A stretch of DNA of 20,162 nucleotides from a virus (Duplodnaviria; Heunggongvirae; Uroviricota; Caudoviricetes). Location of the stretch: the IMG/VR virus record IMGVR_UViG_2684623171_000007; one strand, written 5' to 3'. This document shows, piece by piece, positions 1 through 9,002 of this stretch. How positions within the stretch are numbered: position 1 is the stretch's first letter; each line of letters begins with the position of its first letter. The position numbers and the translations under genes are program-made. The notes beneath the pieces were generated by a model. The model was not told the origin of the DNA and searched no databases. It worked only from the letters and a program-made list of their open reading frames with translations.

Positions 1-274
1 ATCTACAAGTGCCTTTTTCTGTCAGCGGTTCTCCTTTCCAGCCAATGAGAACCGTCAGGCGCGCGCCCCGTGGCGGTAGCTGCAACTGACCATCTGCATC
101 ATCCAGCGTGATGGTGAGCTGGTCCGCCTCAAATCCCCGGTTGTCGGTCAGTGACAGGCTCATCAGGCGCTCTGCCACGCCTGACAGCGTTTTACCCTCC
201 GCGAGAATATCAAAATCCGGCACTTTCACGTGGTCTGTGCCCTGACTGAGCAATTGCATGGTGGTGTCGGTCAT
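1..274 (-). CDS. D: tail protein D (P2 gpD-like), N-terminal part; gene continues beyond the window start
   Basis: Minus-strand ATG at ~272-274 preceded by a GGGAGGG Shine-Dalgarno. Translation MTDTTMQLLSQGTDHVKVPDFDILAEGKTLSGVAERLMSLSLTDNRGFEADQLTITLDDADGQLQLPPRGARLTVLIGWKGEPLTEKG contains the LTDNRGFEADQ / LDDADGQ block I recall from P2 gpD. Not in the ORF track because it runs off the window edge. Confidence 0.55.
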   Translation of the reverse strand, partial: MTDTTMQLLSQGTDHVKVPDFDILAEGKTLSGVAERLMSLSLTDNRGFEADQLTITLDDADGQLQLPPRGARLTVLIGWKGEPLTEKGTCR

Positions 275-1434
275 CTGTTCCCTCCCTGTGCGGCATGGTC
301 GCATGTGCGTGCGGAGGGGGTTACTGCTTTTTGTTGTCGCCGTGGCGGGAGAACGGCGCAGGGGTGAGATTACGCGAGTGGTGGGTGATGATTGTTGCCG
401 AATCATTTAACGGATACAAGGGGCTGAAGCTATGAGTGAAACTCGTTTTCATGGTGCCCGTGTTACGGAAAGTACCGACCTGGTAACAGCGATTAATGAT
501 GTTGATTCCAGTGTTATCGGTATCGTGGCAACGGCAGATGATGCGGACGCGGAGCTGTTCCCGCTGAACAAGCCCACACTGCTGACCCGCGTCAATGACG
601 TGCTGGGAAAATGCGGGACTACGGGGACGCTTTATCGTGCGCTTAAGGCTATCGCAGACCAGGTGAGCACAAAAGTGATCGTCGTTCGCGTGGCTGAACA
701 CAAAGAAGAAGGCGGTAAGACGCAGGATCAACTGGTTATCGGTGGTTCTGAATCTGACGGCAGCTATACGGGGATGTATGCGCTGCTTGTTGCAGAGCAG
801 GATGAAAGCATCGGATACCGTCCGCGTATTCTGGCCGCGCCGGAGCTGGACACGGAGGCGGTAACAAAATCCCTGTGCGTGATTGCGGGTAAACTGCGCG
901 CGTTTGTGTATGCCACATGTCATGGTTGTAACACGATGGCTGAGGCGATTACCTACCGCCAGAAATTCAACGAACGTGAGGTGATGCTCTTATGGCCTGA
1001 CTTCATCGCCTACAACCTGAAAAGTGGCAAAAACGAAACGTTCCCCGCGCCTGCTTATGCGTGCGGCCTTCGTGCGTACATTGACCATGAGCAGGGCTGG
1101 CACAAATCGCTGTCCAACGTTCCGGTTAAAAATGTGCTTGGGATGTCGAGGCATGTGTTCTGGTCGTTGCAGGCCGAAGACAGTGATGCCAACAGCCTCA
1201 ACAACAAAGAAATCACGACCATTATTCGTCGCAACGGGTTCCGCTTCTGGGGCAACCGCACACCGGAAACGAACGCCTACATCTTTGAGGTGTATACCCG
1301 AACCGCACAGGTGCTGGCTGATTCAATTGCGGAAGCGCAGTTTGAAACCATCGACAGTCCACTGACACCTGCGAACGTGAAGGATGTTATCAGTGCCATC
1401 AGGGCAAAACTGGATTCACTGGTTACTGCCGGGA

Positions 1435-1437
1435 AAC
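1435..1437. repeat. target-site duplication AAC, left copy
   Basis: AAC immediately outside the IS end at 1438; identical AAC at 2748-2750. A 3-bp duplication is typical for IS3-family elements. Confidence 0.75.
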
Positions 1438-1479
1438 TGAACCGCCCCGGGTTTCCTGGAGAGTGTTTTATCTGTGAAC

Positions 1480-2370
1480 TCAGGCTGCCAGATCATCGTT
1501 TCCGATGGAAGCATAATAAGCTTTTTCTGCTTCTGCCGGAGGAGTATGGCCCAGCCTTCCCAGCAATCGTCGATTGTTATACCAGTCCACCCACGTTAGT
1601 GTGGCCAGTTCCACTTCTGCACGGTTTTTCCAGCTCTTACGGTGTATTACCTCCGCTTTGTAAAGACCATTGATGCTCTCAGCCATCGCGTTGTCATACG
1701 AGTCGCCTGTACTCCCTGTTGATGCCAGTAATCCGGCTTCTTTTAGTCGCTCCGTATAGGCCAGTGACACATACTGAGAGCCTTTATCGCTGTGATGGAT
1801 GGTGCCAGACGGACGACGGGCCCACAACGCCTGCTCCAGCGCATCCAGCACGAATGTCGTTTCCATAGACGATGAGACCCGCCACCCCACGATGTATCCG
1901 GCAAACACATCAATGATAAACGCCACATAGACGAAGCCCTGCCATGTGCTGACGTAAGTAAAATCAGCCACCCACAGCTGGTCAGGTCGTTCTGCCACGA
2001 ACTGACGGTTTACGCGGTCGCCTGCGGCAACGGCTTTCCGGCTGATGGTCGTACGGACCTTTTTACCCCGGAGAACACCGGCAAGTCCCATAACCGCCAT
2101 GAGACGTGCCACTGTACATCTGGCCACCCTGATTCCTTCCCGTAACAACTGACGCCAGACTTTACGCACACCGTACACCTGATGATTTTCATCGTATACG
2201 CGCTGTATCTCTCTCTTCAGCCAGTCGTCGTGCTGCGCACGGGCACTGCGTTTATCCGGATGATGTCGCTGTTGCTGACAATGGTAATACGTTGACGGGG
2301 CAATATGCAGTTCGCTGCATACCGGTCCGACCCCGTACTGCTCACGCAGCTTATCCAGCAGTGGCATCAT
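1480..2370 (-). CDS. IS629-like transposase OrfB (catalytic part; normally expressed as an OrfAB fusion by -1 frameshifting in IS3-family elements)
   Basis: ORF track 296 aa in the -1 frame relative to OrfA, overlapping OrfA by 4 nt at an A6 run; contains the DDE-family motifs. Confidence 0.85.
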   Translation of the reverse strand: MMPLLDKLREQYGVGPVCSELHIAPSTYYHCQQQRHHPDKRSARAQHDDWLKREIQRVYDENHQVYGVRKVWRQLLREGIRVARCTVARLMAVMGLAGVLRGKKVRTTISRKAVAAGDRVNRQFVAERPDQLWVADFTYVSTWQGFVYVAFIIDVFAGYIVGWRVSSSMETTFVLDALEQALWARRPSGTIHHSDKGSQYVSLAYTERLKEAGLLASTGSTGDSYDNAMAESINGLYKAEVIHRKSWKNRAEVELATLTWVDWYNNRRLLGRLGHTPPAEAEKAYYASIGNDDLAA

Positions 2371-2693
2371 TTTTTCCAGAGGCGGTCGAACTCCGCCTTC
2401 GCAAAATAAGCGGAAGCCTGGCGAAGGATATCGTTACTGCGGCGCAGTTCACGATTTTCACGTTCCAGCTCTTTCAGACGCTGACGTTCAGCGCTGGTGA
2501 GCCCACCATCACCGCCCCCGGTATCCCGCTCATGCTGGCGAACCCAGACACGCAGAGTCTCCGGCGTACAGCCAATCTTTGGGGCAATGGAACAAATTGC
2601 CGCCCACTGTGAGTCATATTCATCCTGACTTTCCAGAACCATACGAATCGCCCGCTGACGGACTTCGGGGGAAAAACGAGTATTTTTAGTCAT
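2367..2693 (-). CDS. IS629-like transposase OrfA (HTH DNA-binding part)
   Basis: ORF track 108 aa: [98 protein letters not shown]. Stop overlaps the OrfB start in an A-rich run (GGAAAAAATGATG). Confidence 0.9.
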   Translation of the reverse strand: MTKNTRFSPEVRQRAIRMVLESQDEYDSQWAAICSIAPKIGCTPETLRVWVRQHERDTGGGDGGLTSAERQRLKELERENRELRRSNDILRQASAYFAKAEFDRLWKK

Positions 2694-2747
2694 CCTGTTT
2701 ACCTCTTTCTCAGGGAGTTTAGTCTCCAGGATTTCCGGGGCGGTTCA

Positions 2748-2750
2748 AAC
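2748..2750. repeat. target-site duplication AAC, right copy
   Basis: AAC immediately outside the IS end at 2747; the FI reading frame resumes here. Confidence 0.75.
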
Positions 2751-2928
2751 TGATTGGCGCGGAGTGCTGGTATGACATCGAGGATAACAGCACCACGAAT
2801 TTACGTCAGGGGCGTGTGCGTATTCGCTACAAATATACGCCCGTTCCTCCGCTGGAAGACATGGAGCTTTACCAGTCGTTTACTGATGAATTCTTTGGTC
2901 CCGCATTTGCGGTGCTGGGAGGTGCCTG

Positions 2929-3441
2929 ATGGCTGTACCAAAACATCTTCGCTTTTTTACGCTGTTTGTGGATGGTGAAAACGAAGTGGGTAAGGTGACG
3001 TCCGTCACCCTGCCTAAACTGACGCGCAAAACCGACAGCTACCGGGGTGGTGGCATGATGGGTGCGGTAAGTATTGACCTCGGCCTGGACGACTCCGCGC
3101 TTGATGCGAGCTTTGTCATGGGGGGCGCAGTTCGTGAGCTGTTCCTGAAGTATGGCGGCACGATTGACGGCACGCTACTGCGTTTTGCGGGGGAATACTA
3201 CACCGATGATGAAAGCGACCTGTATGAAGTCGAAATGCGCGGACGTGTGACGGAAATTGATATGGGGGAAGCCAAACAGGGCGAAGCCACATCACACACT
3301 TACGCCATTAAAAACACCTACTACAAGCTGAGTGTTAACGATCGCCCGTTGTGGGAGATTGACCTGCTGAACTTCATTTACCGGAAGGACGGCAAGGACA
3401 TTGTGCCCGATCGCATCCGTTCCGCGCTTGGGCTTGGCTGA
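2929..3441 (+). CDS. FII: tail tube protein (P2 gpFII-like)
   Basis: ORF track 170 aa; ATG overlaps the FI stop (TGATG). Motifs TLPKLTRKTDSYRGGGMMGAVSIDLGLDD...LRFAGEYYTDDESD..EMRGR..EIDMGEAKQGE resemble P2 FII as I recall it. Position directly after the sheath gene. Confidence 0.85.
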   Translation: MAVPKHLRFFTLFVDGENEVGKVTSVTLPKLTRKTDSYRGGGMMGAVSIDLGLDDSALDASFVMGGAVRELFLKYGGTIDGTLLRFAGEYYTDDESDLYEVEMRGRVTEIDMGEAKQGEATSHTYAIKNTYYKLSVNDRPLWEIDLLNFIYRKDGKDIVPDRIRSALGLG

Positions 3442-3495
3442 TAAGTAATATGCAGGCGGCGCAGTGCGTCGCCTCTGACTGAAAGGAGTTTCCTG

Positions 3496-3861
3496 ATGAA
3501 AGAGACGAAAAACATCGATACCGAAAACACGGTAGTTACTGACACTGTGAAAGAAACCAGTGAGCGTGGTGTAAAACTTACCCAACCAATTGAGCGAGGC
3601 GGCGAAAAAATCACGTATGTGGAGATCACCGGGGCTATTGAGCAGGCTGGATCTCTGCGAGATTTGTCGCTGTCTGATGTGCTGAATCTGAAAGCGGAAT
3701 CCATGTTTACGCTGCTGTCACGCGTGACATCACCGCGACTGGATGAAGTGACGATCAAAAAAATGGCATCCCGTGACTTTATTCAGTTATGTGTGGTTGC
3801 CGTAAATTTTTTGAGCGGTGCGGACTCTGGCGGGAAGAACGAACAGGCGACGGAAGCCTGA
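3496..3861 (+). CDS. E: tail assembly chaperone (P2 gpE-like), zero-frame product
   Basis: ORF track 121 aa; GGAG-type Shine-Dalgarno upstream (GAAAGGAGTTTCCTGATG). Position between the tube and tape-measure genes; contains a TTTTTTG slippery heptamer near its 3' end. Confidence 0.7.
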   Translation: MKETKNIDTENTVVTDTVKETSERGVKLTQPIERGGEKITYVEITGAIEQAGSLRDLSLSDVLNLKAESMFTLLSRVTSPRLDEVTIKKMASRDFIQLCVVAVNFLSGADSGGKNEQATEA

Positions 3862-4025
3862 TCACGGTTGTGTGCTTTGAGCACATAGAAGACTTTGTGG
3901 CAGATATTGCCGTTATTTTTAACTGGTCGCCCGCCGAAATCTTCATGATGACGCCCGGCGAAGTGGTTAGCTGGCGTGAGCGGGCGGCACTTCGCAGCGG
4001 GAATGCAGACAATGAAGACTCTTGA
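3496..4025 (+). CDS. E': tail assembly chaperone E+E' fusion, predicted -1 programmed frameshift product (3496..~3812 joined to the -1 frame ending 4025)
   Basis: Heptamer T_TTT_TTG at ~3807-3813 is in the correct phase in the E frame (codons AAT TTT TTG). The -1 frame (ORF track 3789..4025) is open from the slip site for ~70 codons and ends just inside the start of the tape-measure ORF. The same G/GT-type arrangement and T6G motif are established for the P2 E/E' genes. Confidence 0.6.
3807..3813 (+). other. candidate -1 ribosomal frameshift slippery site TTTTTTG
   Basis: Seen directly in the sequence, phased X_XXY_YYZ in the E reading frame. Confidence 0.6.
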
Positions 4026-6815
4026 TATCCGGGTCGCTTTCAGCGCCGTTGACAGGCTGACCCGACCTGCCGAAAACGCACGCCGCCTGATGGGGCAGTT
4101 TGGTGACTCCATCCAGCGAACGCAGGGGGCGATCAAAAATCTCGAGCGTCAGGCGCGATCATTTGAGCGCGCCCGCGACGCTGTCAGTAAAGCGGATGCT
4201 GGCATCGTGAAAGCACGACGCCAGCTTAACGCCCTTAATCAGTTACAACGCACGGGTACAGTGCTCAGCGAAAAACAACAAAAGCTGATGCAGCAGTTAA
4301 GCACCCGGCTTGAACGCCTGAATGAATCGCGCACACGGGAAATTCAGAAAATGAGGGAACTTGGCGGAGAGCTGAAACGCCACGGCATTTCCCTGACAGG
4401 CAGCGATAACACCATTCAGCAGGCCATCAGACGCACCGAACAATACAACAACCAGCTTGAACGCGAACGGCAGGCGCTTGCGCGTGTAACGCAGGCGCGT
4501 GAGCGGTATTCGCACGCGCAGGAAACCGCGGGAAAACTGAAAACAGGTGGTGCGCTGGCAATTGGTGCGGCAGCGGCGGGCGGCTATGCTGCCGGGCGTT
4601 TTTTGCAGCCTGCGATCGGGTTCGGCAAAGAGATGTCCCGCGTTCAGGCACTGACGCGAATCGACAAAAACAGCCCGCAGTTTAAGGCGCTGCGTGAGCA
4701 GGCGTTAAAACTTGCTGAAACACAGTTTACTGCGAGTGATGCCGCCAGTGGGCAGAGCTTTCTGGCAATGGCTGGTTTTACTCCGCAGGCCATTCAGGCC
4801 GCATTGCCCGGTGTTCTTAATATGGCGCTGGCAGGTGGCGTCGAACTCGGCGAGACGGCTGATATAGGCTCCAATATCCTCACACAGTTCAACCTGACAG
4901 CCGATCAAATGGACCGGGTGGGCGATACGCTGACAGCAGCATTTACCCGGACCAATACTGATTTACGCGCGCTGGGCGAAACCATGAAGTATACCGGTCC
5001 GGTTGCCGCAAAACTTGGTATCAGTCTTGAAGAAGCGGCGGCCATGGCCGGGATGCTTGCCAATAATGGTCTTCGCGGAAGCGATGCTGGCACGGCCATG
5101 CGCGCAAGTCTGTCCCGCCTTGCATCACCGCCAAAAGCTGCGGCTGATGCACTGAAAGAGCTGGGGGTGTCAGTTGCTGAGGCCAGAGGCAAAATGCGCC
5201 CGATGGAGGATGTGCTGCTTGATCTCTATAAGGCGACACAAAAATACGGACAGGTGGACCAGGTCTCCTTCTTCAAGGACATCGCCGGAGAAGAGGCGTT
5301 CGTTGGTTTGCAGACGCTTGTTGCGGCGGCTGGTTCAGGAGAGCTGCAAAAACTGACCAGAGAATTGCAGGGGGCAAGGGGAGAGGCCGATCGCGTCGCA
5401 AAAGTAATGGCTGATAATCTTGATGGGGACCTGAAAAATCTCGACAGCGCATGGGAAGGTCTTCGTATTCGCATCAGTGATCTGGTTGACGGTCCGCTGC
5501 GTTCTGTCACGCAGTGGCTCACGCGGGTGCTTGAAAAAATCACCTCGCTGGCGCAGGCCCATCCGGTACTGACGCGCCAGCTACTGATAGCAGGCGGTGC
5601 GTTGCTGGCAATGACTGCAACGATTGGCTCGTTGTCGCTGGTTATTGGGGTGCTTTACGGGAAGCTGGCCACCCTGCGTCTTGGTTTTGACATTCTTACC
5701 CGGTCAATGAATGTCGTCAGGGTGTTACCTGCGCTATGGGGAATGGTGACGGGTTCCGTTTCTTTACTGGGAGGCGTTATCGGGGCGTTGTTCAGTCCGG
5801 TTGGTCTTATCGTGGCTGCGCTTGCCGGAGCTGCCGTTCTTATCTGGAAATACTGGGATCCTATCAGGGCTTTCTTTGCCGGGGTGTTCAGCGGGATTAT
5901 GGAAAGGCTGACCCCGTTGCGCGACACCTTTGAACGGTTTGGCCCTGTTTTTGACGTAATCGGAAGCGGTTCAGCCAGGTGTTTAACTGGTTTAAATCGC
6001 TGCTGTCACCGATGGAGTCCAGCAAGGAAACGCTGGATAAATGTACCAGTGCTGGCGAGGTATTCGGTAACGTTCTTGGTGGTGCGTTACAGCTTGTTCT
6101 GACGCCTGCAAAAATGTTGCTGGATACGCTGGCGTGGATACTTGAAAAACTCGGTGTGCTTCCGGATGAAGCGGAAAGGGCGCGCAAGAAAATCGAAGAC
6201 GCACAACGTGCGGCCATTCTTCAGGACAAGGTTGCTCTGTTTCAGGGAGACATTGCGAAAATCAATCCGCCGAAGTCTGCGGGAAATAGCAATGGCACCG
6301 GAGATGATAAACCCAAAGACAACAAACCTCTCACAGACAGCAATACCGGCACGCTACGCAGACTCAGCAAAATTGCTGATAACACAGGTAAGCTGGTTGA
6401 TGAGACAAAAAAACGCATTGGCCCCGGCGATATTGTCTTTAAGAACCTGCCCCGCGCACTTGCTGTTCGTGGGGAGTGGCAGGAGCGGAAGATTGCGCAG
6501 GTCAGTAAGCCTGCCCCCGCAATTAATATCACACCCGTGGTCCCGGCTCCGCTGCCTCCGGCGCTGGTCCCTGTTGTTGCGGCCAGCTCCCGCCCGGTGG
6601 TGGAGGCCATACGATCGCCAGTGGCATCAGTTCCTGCAACTTCCCGTAACCGGGAGCCTGTTGCCTCCGGATTTGGCGGTGAAATTCATGTTCATCTGCA
6701 TAACGTTGTTACGCAGAATCCCCGCGAACTGGCGAAACTGGTCGGCGAAATGGTCAGGGCAGAAATGGAACGGCGCGCCCGTGCCAGGCGTGGCAGTTTT
6801 TACGATAAAGATTGA
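3976..6815 (+). pseudogene. T: tail tape measure protein (P2 gpT-like), split into two frames by an apparent 1-bp frameshift near 5966-5980
   Basis: ORF track 3976..6102 (708 aa, GTG at 3976; alternative in-frame ATGs at ~4003 and ~4012) is coiled-coil-rich with a long hydrophobic stretch, as expected for a tape measure. ORF 5979..6815 (278 aa) continues in the -1 frame with no gap. Around GGAAGCGGTTCAGCCAGGTG, one extra T (GGTTTCAGC) would give a continuous ..FDVIGSGFSQVFNWFKSLL.. reading. The C-terminal frame ends 13 nt before the U gene. Confidence 0.7.
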
Positions 6816-6827
6816 GGAGTCATGGCC

Positions 6828-7316
6828 ATGATGATGATCTACGGCATGTTTGTTTTTGAGCTGCGCACGTTGCCGCATCAGCAGTTACAGCAAAACAAAA
6901 GCTGGCGACATGTGAAAAATGAACGCGTTAACCGTTCAGCAAGCTGGCAGTATATCGGTGCAGGTGATGATCGCATCGTTCTTTCTGGTGTTCTTTATCC
7001 TGAGATTACTGGTGGCGAAGTGTCGCTGTCGTTGTTGACCACGCAGGCATATACAGGACGTCCTTGGCCTTTGATTGATGGCGTCGGGCAGATTTACGGC
7101 ATGTATGTCCTGACCGGAACGAATACGACCCGCTCCGAGTTTGATCGCTACGGTAAGGCGAAAAAGATAGAATTTTCACTGACTCTTGAACGCTGTGATG
7201 AGGATTTGCGGGAGCGCCTGCAATCCTCATCGTTCAGCGATATGCTGTCCGGCTTCAAAGATAAGGTGACATCATCCCTTAATAGCGCGGCCAGCTCAGT
7301 TAAGGGGCTGCTCTGA
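6828..7316 (+). CDS. U: tail protein (P2 gpU-like)
   Basis: ORF track 6822..7316. GAGGAG Shine-Dalgarno at ~6814-6819 is best spaced for the ATG at 6828 (MMMIYGMFVFELRTLP...). Motifs YPEITGG and WPLIDGVGQIYGMYVLTG resemble P2 gpU as I recall it. Confidence 0.8.
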   Translation: MMMIYGMFVFELRTLPHQQLQQNKSWRHVKNERVNRSASWQYIGAGDDRIVLSGVLYPEITGGEVSLSLLTTQAYTGRPWPLIDGVGQIYGMYVLTGTNTTRSEFDRYGKAKKIEFSLTLERCDEDLRERLQSSSFSDMLSGFKDKVTSSLNSAASSVKGLL

Positions 7317-7439
7317 TTTAACGTATGTCGCCAATTTCCTGATGAAGGTGACTGGCGACTTGCTGTTGTATGTCCTTCTCAGAAAATTGTTTTTGAATAA
7401 CAAATAACAGGATTTTATAATCTCTTAACCTTATAACAT

Positions 7440-8045
7440 GTGTGGTCTGAAATAATAATTAAGGAGATTATCGTGCTATCTTACTTAATGGCAATTCACT
7501 TTGTTTTATTTGGAAACTCTACTAATTTAAAAAACTTCTGGAAACATGAAGTAATTCGGCGGAAACGTATGGATATCTGGAGGCTTTTAAGAGAGAAAAA
7601 ACAGCGTAACCGGAATTTCCTTTTCTGGTGGCGGTTGGCTAACGAAATGTATATTAATGGTAATAAATTACATAAGAAAGCAGCCAAAAAGTTAAACAGT
7701 AAAATAATTAACAAGTTTGGTTGTGAAATAGGATTGGGCGCAAATATTGGAAAAGGGTTGACAATTCCCCATCATGCTGGAATTGTTGTTCATTTTGCTG
7801 TTGATGCGGGTGAAAATCTGGTATTACGACAGAATACTACCATTGGACAGATAGATGGTGATATGCCTAGTTCAAGAGTAAAAATTGGTAGTAACGTTGA
7901 TATCGGAGCTAATTGTTGCATCATTGGATTATCACGTAAAATTGGGGATAATGTAAAAATAGGTGCAATGTCTTTTATAAATAAAGATATACCATCAAAC
8001 TGCACATATATAACTAAAAAGAGTGGTGTTGTATTGTATAAATAG
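7440..8045 (+). CDS. hexapeptide-repeat (left-handed beta-helix) acyltransferase, serine/sugar O-acetyltransferase-like; low-GC cargo gene
   Basis: ORF track 201 aa. Likely true start is GTG at ~7473 after AAGGAG (MLSYLMAIHF...). Tandem hexapeptide [LIV]-G-x-x-x-x pattern (GCEIGLGANIGKGLTIPHHAGIVVHFAVDAGENLVLRQNTTIGQIDG...VKIGSNVDIGANCCIIG..KIGDNVKIGAMSFI) typical of the CysE/WcaB/LacA acetyltransferase family. The segment 7320-8090 is visibly AT-rich compared with the flanking tail genes. Confidence 0.7.
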   Translation: MWSEIIIKEIIVLSYLMAIHFVLFGNSTNLKNFWKHEVIRRKRMDIWRLLREKKQRNRNFLFWWRLANEMYINGNKLHKKAAKKLNSKIINKFGCEIGLGANIGKGLTIPHHAGIVVHFAVDAGENLVLRQNTTIGQIDGDMPSSRVKIGSNVDIGANCCIIGLSRKIGDNVKIGAMSFINKDIPSNCTYITKKSGVVLYK

Positions 8046-8054
8046 AGTACATAA

Positions 8055-8090
8055 AGCCATCGATATTTCTGTCGATGGCTTTTTCTTTTT
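8055..8090. terminator. candidate bidirectional rho-independent terminator between convergent genes
   Basis: Perfect 9-bp stem AGCCATCGA / TCGATGGCT with an 8-nt loop, followed by TTTTTCTTTTT on the plus strand and preceded by an A-rich run. Lies between the acyltransferase stop (8045) and the tfa stop (8089). Confidence 0.55.
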
Positions 8091-8621
8091 ATTGTGGGGC
8101 GACTGGCCACTCAACATCCGCTGCTACTGTTGTATCAACACGATTCAACAATACCCGATATGTCTTCCATGCAGCCAGTAACGATGCCTCTTCCTCCGTC
8201 GCAATATCCAAATCTACGGCATCCTGAAGTGGCGCAATATGCTCACTGGCTACCTGCATCAGGCTGTTTTTTGTTTCTTCTGCCTCCCGTACCCGAAACA
8301 GTTTTTCTGCTTCTGCATCTTTCGCCCAGGATGTGCCGTTCCACTTCTGACACTCTCCATCCGGCGACAACCAGGTAACATTTTCCGGTAACGGACCGAG
8401 TTCAGAAATAAATAACGCGTCGCCGGAAGCCACGTCATAAACCGTTTTACCCCGATGATCTTCAACGAGATGCCACGATGCCTCATTACTGTTGAAAACA
8501 GCCACGAAGCCAGCCGGAATATCTGGCGGTGCAATATCGGTACTGTTTGCTGGCAGACCTGTATGAGGCGGAATGTATGCGTCACCTTCACCAATAAATT
8601 CATTAGTTCCGGCCAGCAGAT
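8089..8621 (-). pseudogene. tfa: tail fibre assembly protein (Tfa, P2 gpG-like), 5'-truncated by the IS629-like insertion at 8622
   Basis: ORF track 8089..8505 (GTG-initiated) ends ..[30 protein letters not shown], the characteristic Tfa C-terminus. The same frame stays open upstream to the IS boundary (..[45 protein letters not shown]..), matching the internal part of Tfa proteins as I recall them; about 15-20 N-terminal codons and the start codon are missing. Confidence 0.85.
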
Positions 8622-8675
8622 TGAACCGCCCCGGGAATCCTGGAGACTAAACTCCCTGAGAAAGAGGTAAACAGG

Positions 8676-9002
8676 ATGACTAAAAATACACGTTTTTCCC
8701 CCGAGGTCCGTCAACGGGCAGTCCGTATGGTTCTGGAAAGTCAGGGCGAATATGACTCACAATGGGCGGCAATTCGTTCCATTGCCCCAAAGATTGGCTG
8801 TACACCAGAGACTCTGCGTGTGTGGGTTCGTCAGCATGAGCGGGATACCGGGGGCGGTGATGGTGGACTCACCACCGCTGAACGTCAGCGTCTGAAAGAG
8901 CTGGAACGTGAAAATCGTGAACTGCGCCGCAGTAACGATATCCTTCGCCAGGCTTCCGCTTATTTTGCGAAGGCGGAGTTCGACCGCCTCTGGAAAAAAT
9001 AA
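8676..9002 (+). CDS. IS629-like transposase OrfA (copy 2)
   Basis: ORF track 108 aa; differs from copy 1 OrfA at 4 residues (V16, G24, R34, T67 versus I, D, C, S). Confidence 0.85.
   Translation: MTKNTRFSPEVRQRAVRMVLESQGEYDSQWAAIRSIAPKIGCTPETLRVWVRQHERDTGGGDGGLTTAERQRLKELERENRELRRSNDILRQASAYFAKAEFDRLWKK

Larger units (their letters stand above)
1438..2747 (-). mobile_element. IS629-like insertion sequence (IS3 family), complete, 1310 bp, minus orientation
   Basis: Both ends carry the terminal inverted repeat TGAACCGCCCCGG (rc at 2735-2747, direct at 1438-1450). Two overlapping ORFs (108 aa OrfA, 296 aa OrfB with the DDE-type core ..[27 protein letters not shown]..) match my recollection of IS629/IS1203. 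Boundaries derived from ORF-track anchors (OrfA ATG at 2693 is 54 nt inside the left end; OrfB stop at 1480 is 42 nt inside the right end). Confidence 0.9.
432..2929 (+). pseudogene. FI: tail sheath protein (P2 gpFI-like) interrupted by an IS629-like insertion; 5' part 432-1437, 3' part 2748-2929
   Basis: ORF 432..1673 begins MSETRFHGARVTESTDLVTAINDV...FPLNKPTLLTRVND...RALKAIADQ...KLRAFVYATCHG...WPDF...GLRAYIDHEQGWHKSLSNV...RRNGFRFWGNRT...TRTAQV, matching my recollection of P2 FI. After codon ~335 (..TAGKLN) the frame runs into IS sequence. Deleting the IS plus one AAC copy restores an in-frame C-terminus (..GKLIGAECWYDIEDNSTTNLRQGRVRIRYKYTPVPPLEDMELY...GGA*) ending in TGA overlapping the FII ATG at 2929. 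Confidence 0.85.

Noticed and set aside
275-431. Search for an Ogr-type late-promoter element (TGT-N12-ACA) upstream of the sheath gene
   Set aside because: No exactly spaced TGT-N12-ACA found by eye in this interval, so no late promoter is annotated; a proper position-weight-matrix scan is needed.
321-923. 200-aa minus-strand ORF (and nested 736..918)
   Set aside because: Lies antisense inside the well-supported tail sheath gene; Arg/Cys-rich composition and no recognisable motifs. Most likely a spurious frame.
1024-1365. Plus- and minus-strand ORFs 1024..1365 and 1055..1261
   Set aside because: Alternative frames within the sheath coding region with low-complexity basic composition; no start-site support.
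2292-2612. 106-aa ORF antisense within IS copy 1, with its counterpart 8757..9077 in IS copy 2
   Set aside because: Present in both copies only because the IS itself is duplicated; antisense to the transposase and not a known IS3-family gene.
3976-4012. Exact start codon of the tape measure gene (GTG 3976 versus ATG ~4003 or ~4012)
   Set aside because: Cannot be resolved from sequence alone; none has a strong, well-spaced Shine-Dalgarno. The ORF-track boundary was used, and translational coupling to the E' frame is likely.
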